Shown here: positions 31,137 through 39,910 of the stretch, piece by piece
Layout of the letters: each line of letters opens with the position of its first letter
Numbering within the stretch: the first letter of the stretch is position 1
From: Spirulina sp.
GTDB taxonomy: Bacteria; Cyanobacteriota; Cyanobacteriia; Phormidesmidales; Phormidesmidaceae
Assembly (NCBI GenBank): GCA_044070495.1
Contig: JBIPSI010000006.1
Location: 32,001 to 96,000 of the forward strand
Direction: 5' to 3'
DNA length: 64,000 nucleotides
The notes under the pieces: model-generated
Told to the model about the DNA's origin: nothing
Database searches by the model: none
What the model saw: only the letters and a program-made list of their open reading frames with translations
Position numbers and translations under genes: made by a program

Positions 31137-31630
31137 GGCGTTTGTCGATATTGATTTGAACAGACTTGTCTTAAATGAGAAAACTGAACCTACAGTCCTC
31201 ATGGTGAGGAGTCAAAATAGCGGTCTTAAGGTTGGATTCTCTTAAGATTTGCTTCATAGAGGTGAGAGTAAATACCTCAATCGTTGAACCCCACCGTTGG
31301 TCGCAATCTCGTCCCTCGTCTCACCGCCCTATCCATGCCTATGCCAACGCAGAACATTGATTGCTTATCACTGTAGAGAGGACAACTCAGAAATCAACCC
31401 AGCTTTAGGAATTTCTTCGGAATTCAAGACACCTCACCCCCGTCACCGGGGATTTTTTCCTCTCCTTGCTTAATAGTTCGTTACCTTTCGCGACATTCCG
31501 TATCTAGAGATACCGGCCCCCCTGCACCACTTAATTTCCCGCCCATCTAAGTGCATCTAAGCCGCCCCGGCTTCCCGCAACGGCCAAGGAAGATGCCAGA
31601 ATGACAGCGTTCTTTCTCTATCCGCCCCCC

Positions 31631-31972
31631 ATGTCCCAGGCCATCACCCTGAACCTTGCCGATGGATCCATCCAGTTCAGTTTTTCCGCCGCCGCCGCCC
31701 AAGCCCTCAAAACCGATCTGGACGCCCTAATCGGCCAAATGAAAGCCGCCAGTGCAGCCGGTTCCCCTCGCCGCACCCCCCTGCCCCCCACGGAACACCG
31801 CCACAGCGGTGACGTTTTCTTAGAAGTTTTTTGCAACCCCAATCTCTGGGCCAGTCCCTTCGCCGCCAAGGTACTAATCACCCTGCGCGACGACCGCATC
31901 CGCATCACCACCGAAACCGGTCTATCCCAACTCTACGACGACCTCACCACCTACCTCGACCAAGCCACCTAA
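31631..31972 (+). CDS. Conserved cyanobacterial hypothetical protein
   Basis: FLEVFCNPNLW.SPFAAKVLITLRDDRIR motif. Confidence 0.7.
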   Translation: MSQAITLNLADGSIQFSFSAAAAQALKTDLDALIGQMKAASAAGSPRRTPLPPTEHRHSGDVFLEVFCNPNLWASPFAAKVLITLRDDRIRITTETGLSQLYDDLTTYLDQAT

Positions 31973-32170
31973 TCGCCATCTGGGCCGCCTTCCCGTCAAT
32001 CGCCACCATCGGGCTAGAATCAGGGCATTCCCGACCTGGGTGTCCACCAAGAACCCTCCCAGCCTGTCTAGGTCTGCTATCTTTTGCCCATCTCCCGACT
32101 CCCATTTCCCTGGTCTGATCCCTTTTTTCTATTCAATTCAATAAAGCGACACAACAACGAGGACAACACC

Positions 32171-32551
32171 ATGACCCCCGACACCGTGACCACCACGCTA
32201 CAAAAGGGCTTCCGCGTTACCCTAGGCGCAACGGCCACCCTGCTGGAGGCTATCCAAGATCCCCAGTCCTCCGGTCAGCGATTTTCAGATCTCAGTAACG
32301 ATGTCAGTCGCCTCACCGAAACCCTGGAGTCTAAGGGGGAAGTAACGGAACGGGAAGCCCGTCAATTTGTCGATACCCTGCTGAGCCAACTGCCCAGTCC
32401 CTTCTCCGAGGGATCCGCTAGTCCGCCCACCGTTGATACCGTGGCTACTCCCGTTGCTGATCCCACCGTCCAGAGTGACCTCGCTGCCCTCACCCAAGAG
32501 TTGGCCAACATTCGCCAAGCTATTGAAGCCCTCAAAGGGAAGGAGTCCTAG
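32171..32551 (+). CDS. Phasin-like hypothetical protein
   Basis: LQKGFRVTLGA...KGEVTEREARQFVD resembles the protein at 13803-14174. Confidence 0.7.
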   Translation: MTPDTVTTTLQKGFRVTLGATATLLEAIQDPQSSGQRFSDLSNDVSRLTETLESKGEVTEREARQFVDTLLSQLPSPFSEGSASPPTVDTVATPVADPTVQSDLAALTQELANIRQAIEALKGKES

Positions 32552-32695
32552 GCTGATTCATGGGGGCAATGTAATGGAAATCGGCCCTTTGAACCAGCCA
32601 CCAACCCACGGAAAAATCTGGAAAATTGTCATTGCCAGTAGTCATAGCAGACGTCCATGGTCTATAATTATAGACCGTGCACATTCGCAGGCCCT

Positions 32696-33061
32696 ATGAA
32701 CGCAGAGGAAATCATCCGCTCAATTGAAGCGGAGCAGCTAAAGACAGACCTGCCTGAGATTTATGTCGGCGACACCATCCGCGTCGGCGTTCGTATTCAG
32801 GAAGGCGGCAAAGAGCGGATTCAACCCTACGAGGGTACCGTGATTGCCATGCGGAATGGCGGCATTAACCGCTCTATCACGGTTCGCAAAGTTTTCCAGG
32901 GAGTTGGTGTAGAACGAGTATTTTTGCTCCATGCTCCCAAGCTCGCCGACATCAAGGTCTTGCGTCGCGGTAAGGCCCGTCGTGCTAAGCTGTATTACCT
33001 GCGCGACCGTGTTGGTAAAGCGACTCGCCTCAAGCAGCGATTTGACCGCCCAATCAAGTAA
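32696..33061 (+). CDS. rplS: 50S ribosomal protein L19
   Basis: [23 protein letters not shown] and RRAKLYYLR motifs. Confidence 0.98.
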   Translation: MNAEEIIRSIEAEQLKTDLPEIYVGDTIRVGVRIQEGGKERIQPYEGTVIAMRNGGINRSITVRKVFQGVGVERVFLLHAPKLADIKVLRRGKARRAKLYYLRDRVGKATRLKQRFDRPIK

Positions 33062-33112
33062 GCTGGGTATAGAACTGCCATCCAGCTTTAGGCCAGTGAT
33101 TGGCGGCCCTAT

Positions 33113-33185
33113 GCGTCCTTAGTTCAGTTGGTAGAACGCGGGTCTCCAAAACCCGATGTCGGGGGTTCGAGTCCTCCAGGGCGCG
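33113..33185 (+). tRNA. trnW: tRNA-Trp (CCA)
   Basis: Cloverleaf GCGTCCT...AGGGCGC-G with anticodon loop CTCCAAA and T-loop TTCGAG; located between rplS and secE. Confidence 0.96.
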
Positions 33186-33351
33186 CTGAGTAACCCAGAT
33201 AGTGAGTGCCCAATGACCTTGTTTCCAGAGGTTTCTGGAACTGGTTCTGCGGGCACTTCTACTGACTCCACTCTACGCCGTTAATTGCTTGGGTTCTTCG
33301 CACCGGATGGCATCCCAGTTCTGGCTAAACGTCCAGGAGGAGCTAGTACCA

Positions 33352-33597
33352 GTGGCAAAAAAAGACGCGGCAGTTGAATCAAGCCGAAAAGGAACCGTAG
33401 CAGCTGAGGCTGACAATAGCTTTAGCGCAACTGAGTTTTTCAAAGGCACAAAGGAAGAGCTGGGTAAGGTCGTTTGGCCCAGCCGTCAGCAGTTGATCAG
33501 TGAGTCGGCGGCGGTCATTTTAATGGTTAGCCTCTCTGCCACGCTCATTTACTTAGTCGATCAACTCTTTAGATGGGTTTCACAGCAGGTGTTTTAA
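33352..33597 (+). CDS. secE: Preprotein translocase subunit SecE
   Basis: EELGKVVWPSRQQL plus a TM segment; GTG start after an AGGAGG SD. Confidence 0.93.
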   Translation: MAKKDAAVESSRKGTVAAEADNSFSATEFFKGTKEELGKVVWPSRQQLISESAAVILMVSLSATLIYLVDQLFRWVSQQVF

Positions 33598-34316
33598 TGG
33601 CGTTGACCTCAGACGACTTGAACGACGATCTATCCGCCTTCGGCATGGACGAAGACAGCGAGATCATGCGTGGCACAGAGGAAGAATCCGCTGAGGAGGG
33701 GGCTTCCGGGCAGTCTCGTCATCGGGCTCGGTGGTACGCCGTCCAGGTCGCTTCAGGCTGCGAAAAAAAGGTGAAAACCAACCTGGAACAGCGTCGCCAA
33801 ACCCTCGACGGGGCCGATCATATTCTCAAGATTGAGATTCCCCAAACGCCAATCCGTAAGGTTAAGAAAGACGGTAGCCATCAGACCGCTGAAGAGAAGG
33901 TCTTTCCTGGCTACGTACTATTGCAAATTCGCCAAAAGTGGGACGATCTACTCAAGGAGTGGAAAGTACCAGAGGACGCTTGGCTGGTGGTTAAAAACAC
34001 GCCCCATGTGATCAACTTTGTTGGTGCCGAGCAACGTCGGGCCTACGGGCGCGGTCGGGGGCACGTTAAACCTATGCCCCTCAGTGAGGGTGAGGTGAGG
34101 CGAATCTTCAAGCGCACCGAGGAGCAGAAGCCCATCATCAAGATTGATATGGCTCCTGGCGACAAAATTACCGTCCTCTCTGGCCCCTTCAAGGACTTCG
34201 AGGGTGAAGTGGTGGAAGTTAGTCCAGAACGAAGCAAGTTAAAAGCATTGCTGTCTATTTTTGGGCGCGATACTCCAGTGGAACTGGAGTTTAATCAAGT
34301 GGAAAAAGAGAGTTAA
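33597..34316 (+). CDS. nusG: Transcription termination/antitermination factor NusG
   Basis: WYAVQVASGCEKKV, FPGYVL, and KOW motif GPFKDFEG...IFGRDTPVELEF; TAATG overlap with secE. Confidence 0.97.
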   Translation: MALTSDDLNDDLSAFGMDEDSEIMRGTEEESAEEGASGQSRHRARWYAVQVASGCEKKVKTNLEQRRQTLDGADHILKIEIPQTPIRKVKKDGSHQTAEEKVFPGYVLLQIRQKWDDLLKEWKVPEDAWLVVKNTPHVINFVGAEQRRAYGRGRGHVKPMPLSEGEVRRIFKRTEEQKPIIKIDMAPGDKITVLSGPFKDFEGEVVEVSPERSKLKALLSIFGRDTPVELEFNQVEKES

Positions 34317-34319
34317 TCG

Positions 34320-34745
34320 ATGGCCAAAAAAGTTGTTGCGTTGATTAAGCTAGCCATTCCGGCTGGCAAGGCTAACCCTGCTCCTCCGATTGGCCCCGCC
34401 TTGGGTCAGCACGGGGTCAATATCATGGCATTCTGCAAAGAATACAATGCCAGAACCCAGGATAAAGTGGGCCTCGTGGTGCCGGTAGAAATTTCGGTCT
34501 TTGAAGATCGGAGCTTCACCTTTATTCTCAAAACCCCTCCTGCCTCGGTTTTGATCAAGAAAGCAGCTGGCATCGAAAAGGGTTCTGGTGAGCCTCGGAC
34601 GAAGAAGGTCGGCTCGATTAGCCGTGCCCAACTGCGGGAAATTGCTGAAACCAAGCTGCCCGACCTCAATGCCAATGACGTTGAAGCGGCGATGAAGATT
34701 GTTGAAGGTACGGCCCGCAATATGGGTGTCACCGTGGCCGACTAG
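34320..34745 (+). CDS. rplK: 50S ribosomal protein L11
   Basis: [22 protein letters not shown] motif. Confidence 0.98.
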   Translation: MAKKVVALIKLAIPAGKANPAPPIGPALGQHGVNIMAFCKEYNARTQDKVGLVVPVEISVFEDRSFTFILKTPPASVLIKKAAGIEKGSGEPRTKKVGSISRAQLREIAETKLPDLNANDVEAAMKIVEGTARNMGVTVAD

Positions 34746-34863
34746 GTGAATTCACCTTGAGTCTCCCGGTTCTAACCCTAGCTTGTTGATTTTTTGATTG
34801 CCGAGTTTTGTCATTTATTACGGGGGAGAAGAACACCTTCGCCAGTACCCCAAGGAGTAAACC

Positions 34864-35580
34864 ATGTCTACGAAAGTATCCAAACGGCTGAGAGATGCCC
34901 GTGCCAAAGTTGAAGATCGGTTGTACGAACCCCTAGAGGCGCTGGAACTGCTGAAGGAAACCGCTACGGCTAAGTTCACGGAATCCGTGGAAGCCCACAT
35001 TCGTCTAGGGATCGATCCGAAGTACACCGACCAACAACTGCGGACGACGGTAATTCTGCCTAAGGGCACCGGGCAAACGATCCGGGTCGCCGTCATTGCC
35101 AAGGGCGAAAAAGTGGCCGAAGCCACCGCTGCCGGGGCTGATATCGTTGGGTCTGAGGATCTAATTGAGGATATCCAAAAGGGTATGATGGACTTTGATG
35201 TTCTGATTGCCACCCCCGATGTGATGCCCCAGGTGGCAAAATTGGGTCGGCAACTTGGCCCCCGTGGTCTGATGCCCTCCCCCAAGGGTGGCACCGTGAC
35301 TTTTGACCTACCCCAGGCCATCACCGAATTTAAAGCCGGGAAACTCGAATTTCGGGCTGACAAAACGGGCATCGTCCATGTTATGTTTGGAAAGGCCGAT
35401 TTTAGCGTTGAGGATCTGATGGTCAATCTCAAGGCACTGCAAGAGTGCATTGACCGCAATCGTCCTTCTGGTGCTAAGGGGCGTTACTGGCGCACGGTGG
35501 CCATCGCCTCTACCATGGGGCCATCCATTCGGTTGGATGTAAGTGCTCTGCGGGACTATAAGCTGCCCGAAGCCGTTTAG
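34864..35580 (+). CDS. rplA: 50S ribosomal protein L1
   Basis: [16 protein letters not shown] and STMGP motifs. Confidence 0.98.
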   Translation: MSTKVSKRLRDARAKVEDRLYEPLEALELLKETATAKFTESVEAHIRLGIDPKYTDQQLRTTVILPKGTGQTIRVAVIAKGEKVAEATAAGADIVGSEDLIEDIQKGMMDFDVLIATPDVMPQVAKLGRQLGPRGLMPSPKGGTVTFDLPQAITEFKAGKLEFRADKTGIVHVMFGKADFSVEDLMVNLKALQECIDRNRPSGAKGRYWRTVAIASTMGPSIRLDVSALRDYKLPEAV

Positions 35581-35653
35581 TTGCCTCAGCGCCCAAGTTT
35601 CAAGTTTTCACGAAGGAGCCGCGATTGCCCTAACCCCTCACAACTGCATAGAC

Positions 35654-35785
35654 GACCGTAGACAGCAGGTGCATTTTTCCTGCATAAATCCTGCCGAGGT
35701 TGACGTTGCGATGGAGGTTTCCAGTTCTGGACTGGAAACGGCTAATCGTGGGTCTGCCCCGGCGAACTGGTCGGGGCTTTGTTTT
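35654..35785 (+). promoter_or_regulatory. Ribosomal protein L10 leader RNA
   Basis: ACCGTAGACAGCAGG...AATCCTGCCGAGG core upstream of rplJ, followed by a GCCCCGGC..GTCGGGGC-TTT hairpin. Confidence 0.75.
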
Positions 35786-35871
35786 GGGAAAAATCGGGAC
35801 ATCATCACCAGCGGCCCTCTGCCCGTGAGTATCCAGTTTTCTATCCCCGCTATAAAGGAGGTGAGATTGAT

Positions 35872-36438
35872 ATGGGGAGAACCCTAGCGAATAAGAAAGA
35901 GATTGTGGGTGAAATTCAGGATCTCCTGAAGGAAGCTCAACTGGCCTTTGTGATTGACTACAAAGGGCTTAGTGTTGCTGAAATTACCAATCTGCGGAAC
36001 CGTCTGCGGCCCAAGGGTGCGGTGTGTAAAGTCACCAAAAATACCCTGATGCGGATTGCCGTGGAGGGCGACAGCAATTGGGAACCGATGACCGAGTTTC
36101 TGAAGGATTCCTCAGCCTTTGTGCTGGTGAAGGAAGACTTTAGTGGCGCGATCAAAGAATACCAAGCGTTCCAGAAGGAATCTAAGAAAACCACCCTGCG
36201 GGGTGGGGTGATGGAAGGTCAGGCGCTGACCGAAGATCAGGTCAAGGCGATCACCGAACTGCCGACGAAGGAAGAACTGATGGCCCGTTTGGCGGGTGCT
36301 ATTAAGGCCATGCCGACCCGTCTGGCGGTGGGTGTCAAGGCGGTGCCGACCAAGCTGGCGGTGGGTATCAACGAAGTTCCGGCTTCGCTGTCCCGTGCCA
36401 TCAAGGCGGTCTCCGAGCAGGGCCAGGACGCGGCCTAA
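35872..36438 (+). CDS. rplJ: 50S ribosomal protein L10
   Basis: MGRTLANKK, DYKGLSVAEI..LR, KNTL and LPTKEEL motifs; SD AAGGAGGTGA. Confidence 0.97.
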   Translation: MGRTLANKKEIVGEIQDLLKEAQLAFVIDYKGLSVAEITNLRNRLRPKGAVCKVTKNTLMRIAVEGDSNWEPMTEFLKDSSAFVLVKEDFSGAIKEYQAFQKESKKTTLRGGVMEGQALTEDQVKAITELPTKEELMARLAGAIKAMPTRLAVGVKAVPTKLAVGINEVPASLSRAIKAVSEQGQDAA

Positions 36439-36516
36439 AAGCCCTGGTCTGCTTCAGTTTGACCACAAGTCCGACAACCAACTTTGTTTTTTGTACACAG
36501 GAGTTAAGTCTTAACG

Positions 36517-36927
36517 ATGTCTGCTAAAACCGATGAAATTCTCGAACAGCTAAAGTCTCTGTCTCTGCTGGAAGCTTCTGAACTGGTTAAGCAAATCGAA
36601 GAAGCCTTCGGCGTGGACGCTTCTGCCTCCGCTGGTGGCGGCATGATGATGATGGCCCCTGGCATGATGGGTGGTGGCGCAGGTGCCGCTGCTGCTGAGC
36701 CCGAAGAAGAGAAGACCGAATTCGATGTGGTTCTCGAAGACGTGCCCGCCGATAAGAAGATCGCCATTCTGAAAGTGGTGCGTGGCCTCACCGGTCTAGG
36801 TCTGAAGGAAGCCAAGGAGATGGTGGAAGCTGCTCCTAAGGCTGTGAAGGAAGGCGTGACCAAGGACGACGCTGAAGCCGCTAAGAAAGAACTTGAGGAA
36901 GCTGGCGCTAAGGTGACCGTTAAGTAG
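36517..36927 (+). CDS. rplL: 50S ribosomal protein L7/L12
   Basis: [10 protein letters not shown] and [12 protein letters not shown] motifs. Confidence 0.98.
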   Translation: MSAKTDEILEQLKSLSLLEASELVKQIEEAFGVDASASAGGGMMMMAPGMMGGGAGAAAAEPEEEKTEFDVVLEDVPADKKIAILKVVRGLTGLGLKEAKEMVEAAPKAVKEGVTKDDAEAAKKELEEAGAKVTVK

Positions 36928-36960
36928 GTTTAGCCTAAGGTCTGACCCTCAAGGTTTGAG

Positions 36961-36992
36961 AAGCCTCCTGTCATGGTACGGGGGGCTTTTTT
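36961..36992 (+). terminator. Intrinsic terminator of the rplJL operon
   Basis: AAGCCTCCTGT...ACGGGGGGCTT followed by a T-run. Confidence 0.75.
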
Positions 36993-37120
36993 GTGGCTTC
37001 GCCCCGGTGAAGGGAATTTCCACCAGCCCCACCTTGACGAATGATGGTGCGACTCGCTAGCGTGAAGACTAATCATCATCAAATGGCGACCGAGCCTTTG
37101 GTCGCATTGAGGAGGACACC

Positions 37121-37342
37121 ATGGCGCAACGGTTGAAGCGATGGGAATCCCCCCGTCGCCCAGGTCGCAACGATAAGGGGCGGGGTGGCAGTGCCCGTCA
37201 ACGACAGCTTCGCAAACGACATCAGGAACTGCGAAACCGCCTTCGCCAGGGGGATACCCCTGCGGAGACAACTAGCACTAGGACGCACGATTCTGGGGAG
37301 GGCCAAGGCTCTCCCTTTTTTGTATCCTTGGATTGTTTCTAA
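37121..37342 (+). CDS. Small basic protein; candidate alternative ribosome-rescue factor (ArfA/BrfA-like architecture)
   Basis: SD GGAGG 5 nt before the ATG; putative promoter TTGACG-N18-TAGCGT (37034-37063); Arg/Lys-rich with KGRGGS; intrinsic terminator inside the ORF. Confidence 0.65.
   Translation: MAQRLKRWESPRRPGRNDKGRGGSARQRQLRKRHQELRNRLRQGDTPAETTSTRTHDSGEGQGSPFFVSLDCF
37295..37321 (+). terminator. Intrinsic terminator located inside ORF 37121-37342
   Basis: GGGAGGGC-CAAG-GCTCTCCC followed by TTTTTT, ending 18 nt before the TAA. Confidence 0.75.
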
Positions 37343-37365
37343 CTGCGCTCTCGGGCAGTTCATTC

Positions 37366-37450
37366 TAAATCCGGCTGGTTTGCCCTCGGTATCAGTGGAC
37401 GAGGAGACCTCGCCCCTACGGCTTGTCGGGTGGGGCATCAGGGTTTTCTA
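37366..37450 (+). repeat. Dispersed ~85-bp repeat with a GTAG-type REP core, copy 1
   Basis: TAAATCCGGCTGG...GAGGAGACCTCGCCCCTAC...GGGTTTTCTA; matches the copies at 38413, 43603 and 48627. Confidence 0.85.
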
Positions 37451-37795
37451 ATGCAGATTTGCTCTAAAAATAGATTGTTATCTTTGGGGTGTCGCGCTAG
37501 CGGCATGGACGATTGGTATCGGGAGCATTTGTCACTCGGCTATGGTCTACGGTTGTCTGGGTTAGGTGTTGAAGTTCTCTTCTGCGAGTTTGGCATGGCC
37601 CTAGGCTGAATCGGAACTCGATTGTTACCATAGGCGTCAACAGACGCTAGGCTAAATCGATTTAGGTTTAGCTAGTTTGCATCATGGATCGGGATGTCCG
37701 CCAATGGCATCCACGGGAGGCTACCCTTCTCCGGGGAGAGGTGATCCCACCTTATTCGCCACTGCTACTTCGCTACCCAGATATTTCTTGGTTTT

Positions 37796-38275
37796 ATGGT
37801 TAATCCCTCCGCCCTTGGTGTTGCGTTTTTGGTGCTTCTGGCGACGACCACGGTCGTGGGCTCTTCGCCGCCTACTCAACCCTCCTTCCAGGTTGCCCAT
37901 CCCTCCCTTAGCGACTTGATTGACAAGGACCCCATGGGAGGCAAAGCCGAGTTGCTACCAGCAGATACGATTCACCTCGATCAAGAGGGATTAAAAGAGC
38001 CCCAGTGGCTATCGGTACAGGTACCAGAGGGGGCGAGTTTTGAGGGAACCTTGGCGGTGAATGGTGAGGTCAAGTATCGCTTTGGGGCGGAGGGAATCCG
38101 CTTGGATCTGAAGGATATCCTGGCCTTGGGGGCAACGGACGTGGTCCTAGCCGGGAGCTATAGCCCTGGCGATGGGTCAGTTGTGGTGTCTTTCAACAAT
38201 TCAGAAACCACCGTACGTCAGCAGGTGGGGCAACGGGGACAGGTTCACTATCAGATTAATTTTTGGGTAGATTAG
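37796..38275 (+). CDS. Hypothetical secreted protein
   Basis: Hydrophobic N-terminus and a beta-rich domain; upstream of wza. Confidence 0.6.
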   Translation: MVNPSALGVAFLVLLATTTVVGSSPPTQPSFQVAHPSLSDLIDKDPMGGKAELLPADTIHLDQEGLKEPQWLSVQVPEGASFEGTLAVNGEVKYRFGAEGIRLDLKDILALGATDVVLAGSYSPGDGSVVVSFNNSETTVRQQVGQRGQVHYQINFWVD

Positions 38276-38412
38276 AGGCCGTCTCCGATGGCGTCTAGGA
38301 TCGAGAACGCTAGGATAGGCCTGATGATGCGGCGGTGTAGGATGTTGCGCTTCCAGGGTGTCAATCACGGCGGGTGGGCGAGGAATTTGCGACATTGGTT
38401 TGGGGCTAATCC

Positions 38413-38497
38413 TGAATCCGGTTTGCTTCCCCCTGGTATCGATGGGCGAGGCGACCTCGCCCCTATCGTTTGTCGGGCTGGGAATTGGGGTTTTCTA
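38413..38497 (+). repeat. Dispersed repeat, copy 2
   Basis: TGAATCCGG...GGGCGAGGCGACCTCGCCCCTAT...GGGAATTGGGGTTTTCTA. Confidence 0.85.
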
Positions 38498-38560
38498 ATT
38501 CGGACTTGGTATAGACCGTGGTTTGAGCTGTGCCCTGCGGGACGCCTAGGTTGGGGTGGA

Positions 38561-39820
38561 ATGTTGGGGTGCGGGGTGGCGATTGTCGTTAGTTATCCTG
38601 CCTTGGCCCAGGATCGCCTCCCACTGACGGAGCCTCTCAATCCAGCCCAGCAGCGGTTTGACGATGCCGAGGATGCGGCGACTCCTATTACAGAATGGAC
38701 GGACTCTGGGGGGATGGAGTCGGAACGGCCCTCCGCTCCCCTGGTAACTCCCATTCCTGCCGAAGCGGAGCCTAGGTTCCAGGCTCCTCGGTTGCCCGAT
38801 CCCCTGGGCAATTCTTCCCGCCAACCTAGACCGGATCACTTTGCTCCAGCGGCGACGGATCCCCCCTTTGATCGCTATCGCTTGGGGCCGGGGGATGGCA
38901 TTTTTGTTGGGGTACAGCGGTTTCCGGATCTCAGTTTCCAGGCCACCCTCGATCTACAGGGCAACATTGTTTTACCCTTGGCGGGATCTGTGAACCTGGC
39001 GGGTCTTACCCTCGACCAGGCCCAGGAGCAGATTCGACAGCGGTACGACCAGTATGTGGTTGATCCCGACGTGTCGCTGACTCTGGTGGCCCTGCGTCCT
39101 GTGGAGGTCACCATTGTGGGGGAGGTGCCACGACCGGGGTTTTATCCGCTCCAGGCTCCGCAACTGTCCGTGGCGTTGGTAACGGCGGGCGGGGCCTCTG
39201 CCCTGGCGGATTTGCGGGCTATTGAGATCCAGCGCACCCTCCAGGACGGCACGGTGTTAAGGGAAAACATAGATCTGTTTACGCCGTTGCGTTTGGGACA
39301 GCCGATCCCCGATCTGCGCCTCCAAAGCGGCGATGTGATTTCGGTGCCGCGCCTTGATCCCACCCGCCTAGACGAGTATGACCGGAATCTGGTGGCTACC
39401 TCCACCTTAGCCAAGCCTGAAATGGTGGTGCGTATTCTCAACCGGGCCTCTGGGGCGCGGGGCACGGAGGCCCGCTTTGGGGCCATCACCCTGCGTAATG
39501 GGGGGCGGTTTTTAGATGCCTTGGCCCAGGCTGGGGTAAACCCCGATTTGGCGGCCTACCATCGCATTGCCGTGCTGCGATTTAACCCTGAAAGGGGATC
39601 CGCCGATACGATTGTGGTGGATGCGCGGGCGGCGGTGCAGGGAGACCTCAGCCAGAATATTCCCCTCCAGGAAAATGATGTGATTGTGGTAGATCGCAAT
39701 TTGCTGGCCAATGTCACCTATGCCTTGAACACCTTCACCCAGCCCTTCCGGGATGTGTTAGGCTTTCTGCTCTTTTTCGATTCCCTCACCAATGCTGCCG
39801 AGTCTCTGTTTAGGCCCTAG
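38561..39820 (+). CDS. wza: Polysaccharide export protein (Poly_export/SLBB, Wza-like); start uncertain
   Basis: YRLGPGD, GEVPRPGFY and LQSGDVISVP motifs; signal peptide ending PALAQ. Confidence 0.85.
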   Translation: MLGCGVAIVVSYPALAQDRLPLTEPLNPAQQRFDDAEDAATPITEWTDSGGMESERPSAPLVTPIPAEAEPRFQAPRLPDPLGNSSRQPRPDHFAPAATDPPFDRYRLGPGDGIFVGVQRFPDLSFQATLDLQGNIVLPLAGSVNLAGLTLDQAQEQIRQRYDQYVVDPDVSLTLVALRPVEVTIVGEVPRPGFYPLQAPQLSVALVTAGGASALADLRAIEIQRTLQDGTVLRENIDLFTPLRLGQPIPDLRLQSGDVISVPRLDPTRLDEYDRNLVATSTLAKPEMVVRILNRASGARGTEARFGAITLRNGGRFLDALAQAGVNPDLAAYHRIAVLRFNPERGSADTIVVDARAAVQGDLSQNIPLQENDVIVVDRNLLANVTYALNTFTQPFRDVLGFLLFFDSLTNAAESLFRP

Positions 39821-39910
39821 CTATCTTCTGGTAGGCCTACCCTGATTGTTTGAAGTTCTGGATGTGGTGTTTGTCGTCTTTCCCCGTCCTTTCTGTCCCC
39901 CGCTGAGTCC

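Noticed and set aside
33113..33260. tRNA-Trp as a possible integration site
   Set aside because: No integrase or duplicated tRNA 3' end was seen, and the core gene order rplS-trnW-secE is intact.
37079..37451. Overlapping alternative ORFs (37079-37438 minus, 37185-37451 plus) and similar ORFs at 43454-43748
   Set aside because: Their mutual similarity comes from translating the dispersed repeat; only the ORF at 37121 has a clear SD.
38288..38560. 91-aa N-terminal extension of Wza in the ORF track
   Set aside because: It runs through an intergenic repeat copy (38413-38497), and the signal peptide begins later.
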